From Octopus vulgaris (taxonomy: Eukaryota), in the NCBI GenBank assembly GCA_951406725.2, contig OX597816.1:117676001-117740000 (forward strand): a stretch of 64,000 nucleotides of DNA. The letters are read 5' to 3'. Below, one piece after another: positions 58,806-64,000 of this stretch. Position numbers and translations under genes: made by a program. Under the pieces are notes generated by a model. That model made no database searches. It worked only from the letters and a program-made list of their open reading frames with translations, and was not told the DNA's origin. Numbering within the stretch: position 1 is the stretch's first letter; every line of letters begins with the position of its first letter.

Positions 58806-59395
58806 CCATATATGTGTGCGTGTATGCGTGTGAGCGTCTGTGTGCGTATGTGTGTGCGTGTGTGTTTGTGCGTGTATGTACATACACGCACGCACACGCA
58901 CACACGCACTCTCACACGCATAGATATATACAAAAAACATATCCATATGTACAAGATGTGTTTTGGCATCACATTTTTTATGTGACATGTTTTATTAAAC
59001 GGACTCCATACATCGTATTTACAAGTTCGTTATCCTATTGTTTATTTCGAATATTTTATACAAGTTTTTATGTTTGTGTGAAAAACTTACAAACGACTTT
59101 TCTCTCTTTACTTTCAAGTATTTTATTTATCATTTTAAGTATAAAAGTTACATGTGAAAAAAAATTAAATAAACAATTTTCTCTCTTCATTTTCAAGTAT
59201 TTTATTTACCATTATATATGACGCTCACCAAACAAGTAGACATGTTCCTATGACTGGACAGTTGAATTGTAACTCAATAAGTTATATCTCATTTTGTAAT
59301 GGGTACAAGATGTGCTTTTTTATTTTACTTTCGCGATTATTCAACCACCCAAACAACCATCCATCCATCCATATGTTCGGACATACATACATACA

Positions 59396-59446
<51 letters not shown>

Positions 59447-60028
59447 TAAAATTAATTAGAGGTTGTGTTAACTTCATGAACGGATGGTTTCATCCAAGGA
59501 AAAACTGGTTCAATACTTAGTATTTTTGGGAAATGAATTTCTTTAGAATAATAGATATACTTAAAAACATATAGTTTATATTCACTTAAAAGAAGAAGAA
59601 AATGGAGATTTGGAAGTTAATAATTGCTTATTATTAACAGCAAATCTTCACTTACAGCCGTTTCTGTTAAGCCTGCTAAAATGAATTCACAAACATACAT
59701 ATAGCATCAGAAGGTACATCTTTTTACCTCTAATGATATTATACTCATGTTGCATAAATATAAATTTAATGTTTATTGAGTATTAATAGAAACCGCTCTA
59801 AGTGAAGATGATCAATTTTGCGTTACTAATAAGCGATTATTAATTTCCCAATTTCCATTTTCTCCTTTTAAATGAATGAATATATATTCACACACATACA
59901 CACATACAACATATTTTTGGAGTCACTCGCGACACTGAGTTTCGTGTGTAGGCGCACAGTCTTTAGGAAACAAATATTCTTTTTCGAGAGCCAAAACTAA
60001 ACGGACCTCCACACAGACACACAGATAC

Positions 60029-60107
<79 letters not shown>

Positions 60108-60829
60108 TATGGAATCACAGTTTTATGAATCGAAACAGTACTGAGTACTTTTAAATAAGGTGGATTAACATTTACTCAAAGGTGTGTCTGCGTGAATCAC
60201 TATTTGAAATTTCTCGCTTCTGGTGCATTTAATTTGAAACGCAACTAGTCTTCCATCTCCTTCCGACTCATTAAAAAATGAAATTTAATTACAATATAAG
60301 ATCAATATGACTAATTATGATGATGATAATGATGGTGATGATGGTGACGACTACGACGATGGTGATGGTGGTGGTGGTTGTGGGGGCAATGATGATGATA
60401 ATGATAATAACGACGACGACGATGATAATGATTATGACGATGATGATGGTGATGATAATGACGATAATATTTTCGAAGAGTAACGAAGAATATAAAAAAA
60501 AATTACTGATTTTCACGAACTGAATAAGAGCAGTTTATTCAGGTATGATGGGACCAGATGTTTATTAATTAGGTAAATGTGTTTGTGTCATTATAACAAT
60601 TGTAAACACATTTATCATCACTGCACGAAAACAATTTTATGGAAGCGGTTGATTGCCAAACCTATTATTTGTCAAGTCTTTTACAGAAACGACCATACAA
60701 TTATGATATTGTTAATTTTAAAAATTCGAAGAATGTGATAATTTCCAAGTCTCTTGGCCATTAACCTCGAATTTAAGGTTTTTTTTTGTTTGTTAAAATT
60801 TCTGCAAGACAGTCTTGTCGTCCATATTC

Positions 60830-61460
60830 TCTTGGGTTTGTGACGCACTGTCCAAGCTTGTGCTTTTCTGACTTAGATGTAAGTTAAGCAACGAAGCTGT
60901 TTACCCAGCTACCAACATACCAGAAATCTTCAACCGAATTCATCTGTGATCTGTTCATTGTTCGCAGACGAAGACCTTTGTTTTGGTTGAAGAACATATA
61001 CACTGTTTTCTTCACATTTGGATGGAGACCGATTTTACTTGCTAAGGTCTCTGCCCTATTGAGCAAAATCAGACTGTTCCTTGATACTTTTGAGTCCATG
61101 TTCTTGTATTGCAGCGAAAAATAAACACTTACCAAATAAGTAAAGGAGAATTTAGAGGGCTGCTACACAAGAATGCTATGAATGGCTCTGGATGTGAAAA
61201 TTCAGCAGCCGCTCGACCAGTGAAGCCTTCCAAAAGTTACCAAGTTTAGGGAACGACGTCTCTGCATGTCATATTAATACATGCCTCACCAGTAATATGA
61301 AGCATCAAATCTTGTGTTCTGGAACTCACATCATGATACCAGCAAGCATGGGAGTTGTCGTCTGACATTTATTGTCAATCTGAAGACGGGCATGAAATTG
61401 GATTCTATCCACGAACTGAAGTTGGCGATAATGTATCGAGAAACCGGGTGGGAAACCGAC
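60830..61460. mobile_element. RTE-clade LINE fragment with inverted 5' part
   Basis: Minus 61130-60840: KIGLHPNVKKTVYM...VEDFWYVGSWV; plus from about 61130: LEGCYTRML*MAL, the downstream RTE motif. Confidence 0.65.
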
Positions 61461-61739
61461 GAAAGAAAAAAGTATTTTTTCAAGGGTGAAGGCATGGTTG
61501 TCTGGTCACAGATCGTACTTCGCAACTATTTCGTCTCCGAGTCTGTTCCCATTGTTTAATACTTTCAACAAATATCCTCTGTCAATACTTTTGTGTACAG
61601 AATTTGGTAGACAGAAGCAGTGCTGAAACCCGACGTATGCATGATCAATAACTCTTACTAGACTATACGATTCGAAACTAAAAATATAATAATCCTTCAT
61701 TTCTCCCTTTCTTCAAGGGTTAATGAAATATGTCACGTT

Positions 61740-62130
61740 TTGAAATTGTGTACATCTCACACTGAAATCCGAACAACTATACAAGAAAACGTTTGGCTGT
61801 CCATCAATGCAACAACTAAACGACGTTTAAACAATTACATATTCAACATAAAAAAAAGATATCTATGCTTCTCTAAACGGTGCATCATCTAATCAAGTAA
61901 CTGTCATCGAATCATCTAAACTATATCTGACAAGTGCATCACATCAAAGCAACTGTGTAATGTTTGAGAAAAAAAAAAAAAGCAAACATTTATGTAAAGA
62001 AGTATGCGATGTATAAGCTTCATTCCAATATTTAAAAGATACAATACAATTACAAATATCAAATAGTATAGTTAATTCACCAAGAAAAGAAATCTTACGA
62101 TCAACAGATCTACCCCATAAGTGCGTCATT
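61740..62130 (+). mobile_element. Possible decayed PLE GIY-YIG C-terminus
   Basis: LKRRLNN...F and a terminal HKC.H-like motif; heavily mutated. Confidence 0.3.
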
Positions 62131-62243
62131 TGTGTGCATTACGACCAAATTGTTAGAGAAAGCTTTGATCTCCCTCTCCATCACTCTCTCTCTCTCTCTC
62201 TCTCTCTCACGCACACACATACATACATATATATGTATTTATG

Positions 62244-62288
<45 letters not shown>

Positions 62289-62868
62289 GTATATGTGTAT
62301 ATATACATGTATATATACATATATATATATATCATATATTATTTATATATATATGATATATTATGTATATATATATATATATACACATACATACACACAA
62401 GTATATTCAGATAGATGAGTATATTTATACTTATGTATATATACGTATATGTGTGCTAGTGTATTTATTTGAGCGTCTATATGTATGACAATATGTGTGT
62501 AAGCGTATGCTGTAACTGTATTATGATCTTATAAATTTATTGAAGATGTATTGCGTACACATGCATCATTTATCTATCCAAGTATGTATGTATGTCAGTA
62601 TGTTTGTATATATGTATGTATGTAAATAAGTATGTATGTATATGTATGTATATATATATGTATGTATGTAATCAACAGATTAAAACCAAAGATTCTTCTG
62701 TATAGAAAATACTTAGCGTTCAAATGATTCGAACTTAGACTCCGAAGGCTTTACGAAAGACCAATTACGCGGGGTGAAGATTGGCTATAAGACGAATCCA
62801 GGTGAGCTGATATGGAGGCAATAATGCGGATAAACAAATTAGATATAACAGCTTGGATTTAATATACA

Positions 62869-62901
<33 letters not shown>

Positions 62902-63325
62902 TATGCATATATAATACATACATACAACATACATACATACATACATACATACATACATACATACATACATACATGCATGCATACATGCAAAAAGAAAGAA
63001 ACCAAATACTGAAAATATAAGTATGAATATATATATTAATCAATTAAACTTAGTGTACAAACGACAGAGAAAATTAATAAAGTCGTTTGTTTTTTTGTAG
63101 TAAGACCTCCATGTAGAGATCCCTAGGTGGAATTGGGATATTCTTTGTAGATGTGCCCGATAATTGCTTATCTTTCTTTCGATAAGTACATTTATAAAAA
63201 GTTACGTTTTTACCTTTGAACGCTTTTCTATCTGCCTACCTATCTCTCTACTTCTCAAACTCAGTCTTTTAATCACACATGCACACATACGAGCGCGCGC
63301 CTGTACGATATTTCTGTTTACCCCA

Positions 63326-63356
<31 letters not shown>

Positions 63357-63806
63357 ACCCTCAAACACAGCGCAGCTCTGAATAAGCAGATCTACGGTAG
63401 AAGAGTTAAAAATGTTATCCCTTTCGTATTTTTGCTTATCAAGGACTGCAATGTCTATTGTTTCCTTTGTTTTTCTTTAAGGCAACAACATATGATTTGA
63501 GAGAGATTTGGCTGCTATTTCATTTGCTTGACAAAGTTGCTGATGTTGGTGCTGAAGCTGCCGCTGCTGTTCTCTTGGTGATGACAACGGCCACAATGAC
63601 GACTACAAGGATAAGCACCACGACGACGACGACGACGACATTGATGATGATGACAATGGCGGCTTTGATTTATTTCAAGATTCAGTAGTGTTTTGTGTAA
63701 TGAAGCATATATTGCATGCATTTAGCATGATGAATAACATTTCTGATATGAAAGAAGAATGTTTTATAAATTCCTCAGGTAGCATAATTTCTGACTATGT
63801 GTACGT

Positions 63807-63864
<58 letters not shown>

Positions 63865-63866
<2 letters not shown>

Positions 63867-64000
63867 ATTTCAAATTTTGGTACAAGGCCAGCAATTTCGG
63901 GGGAGGGGATAAGTCGATTACATCGACCCCGGTGCTCAACTGGTACTTATCTTATCGACTCCTAAAGGATCAAGGGCAAAGTCGACCTCGGCGGAATTTG
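63865..64000 (-). mobile_element. SINE (Nin-like family), running off the window end
   Basis: acaaggccagcaatttc...taagtcgattacatcgacccc...ggcaaagtcgacctcggcggaatttg. Confidence 0.8.

Noticed and set aside
60103-60145. gatt...aatc-GAAAC next to (TA)n as a truncated hammerhead
   Set aside because: The CTGANGA half is absent

Overview
AT-rich, microsatellite-saturated animal genomic DNA (intronic or intergenic). The SINE families and repeat style suggest a coleoid cephalopod such as Octopus; this is an inference. No host protein-coding exon could be recognised, and almost all ORF-track entries are translations of (TA)n/(CA)n/(CATA)n/triplet repeats. The recognisable content is decayed mobile DNA: three R4/Dong-type RLE non-LTR elements (one near full length and bracketed by (TAA)n), RTE and L1/Tx1-like fragments, Penelope-like elements (RT plus GIY-YIG), Tc1 and mariner remnants, a pogo/Tigger-type MITE, a solo LTR, a Chapaev-like fragment and many tRNA-derived SINEs. 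The most striking unannotated signal is a recurring architecture of long fold-back elements: a long inverted repeat plus a one-sided unpaired tail, three of four sitting inside (TA)n tracts (18.0, 25.6, 27.8, 51.2 kb). Three of the four carry minimal type-I hammerhead ribozyme motifs, and one still encloses a GIY-YIG fragment, linking the set to Penelope pseudo-LTRs. Several further dispersed hammerhead motifs occur (47.2/47.7, 49.3, 51.9, 55.1 kb). Element boundaries were read by eye and are approximate unless TSDs or TIRs are quoted.
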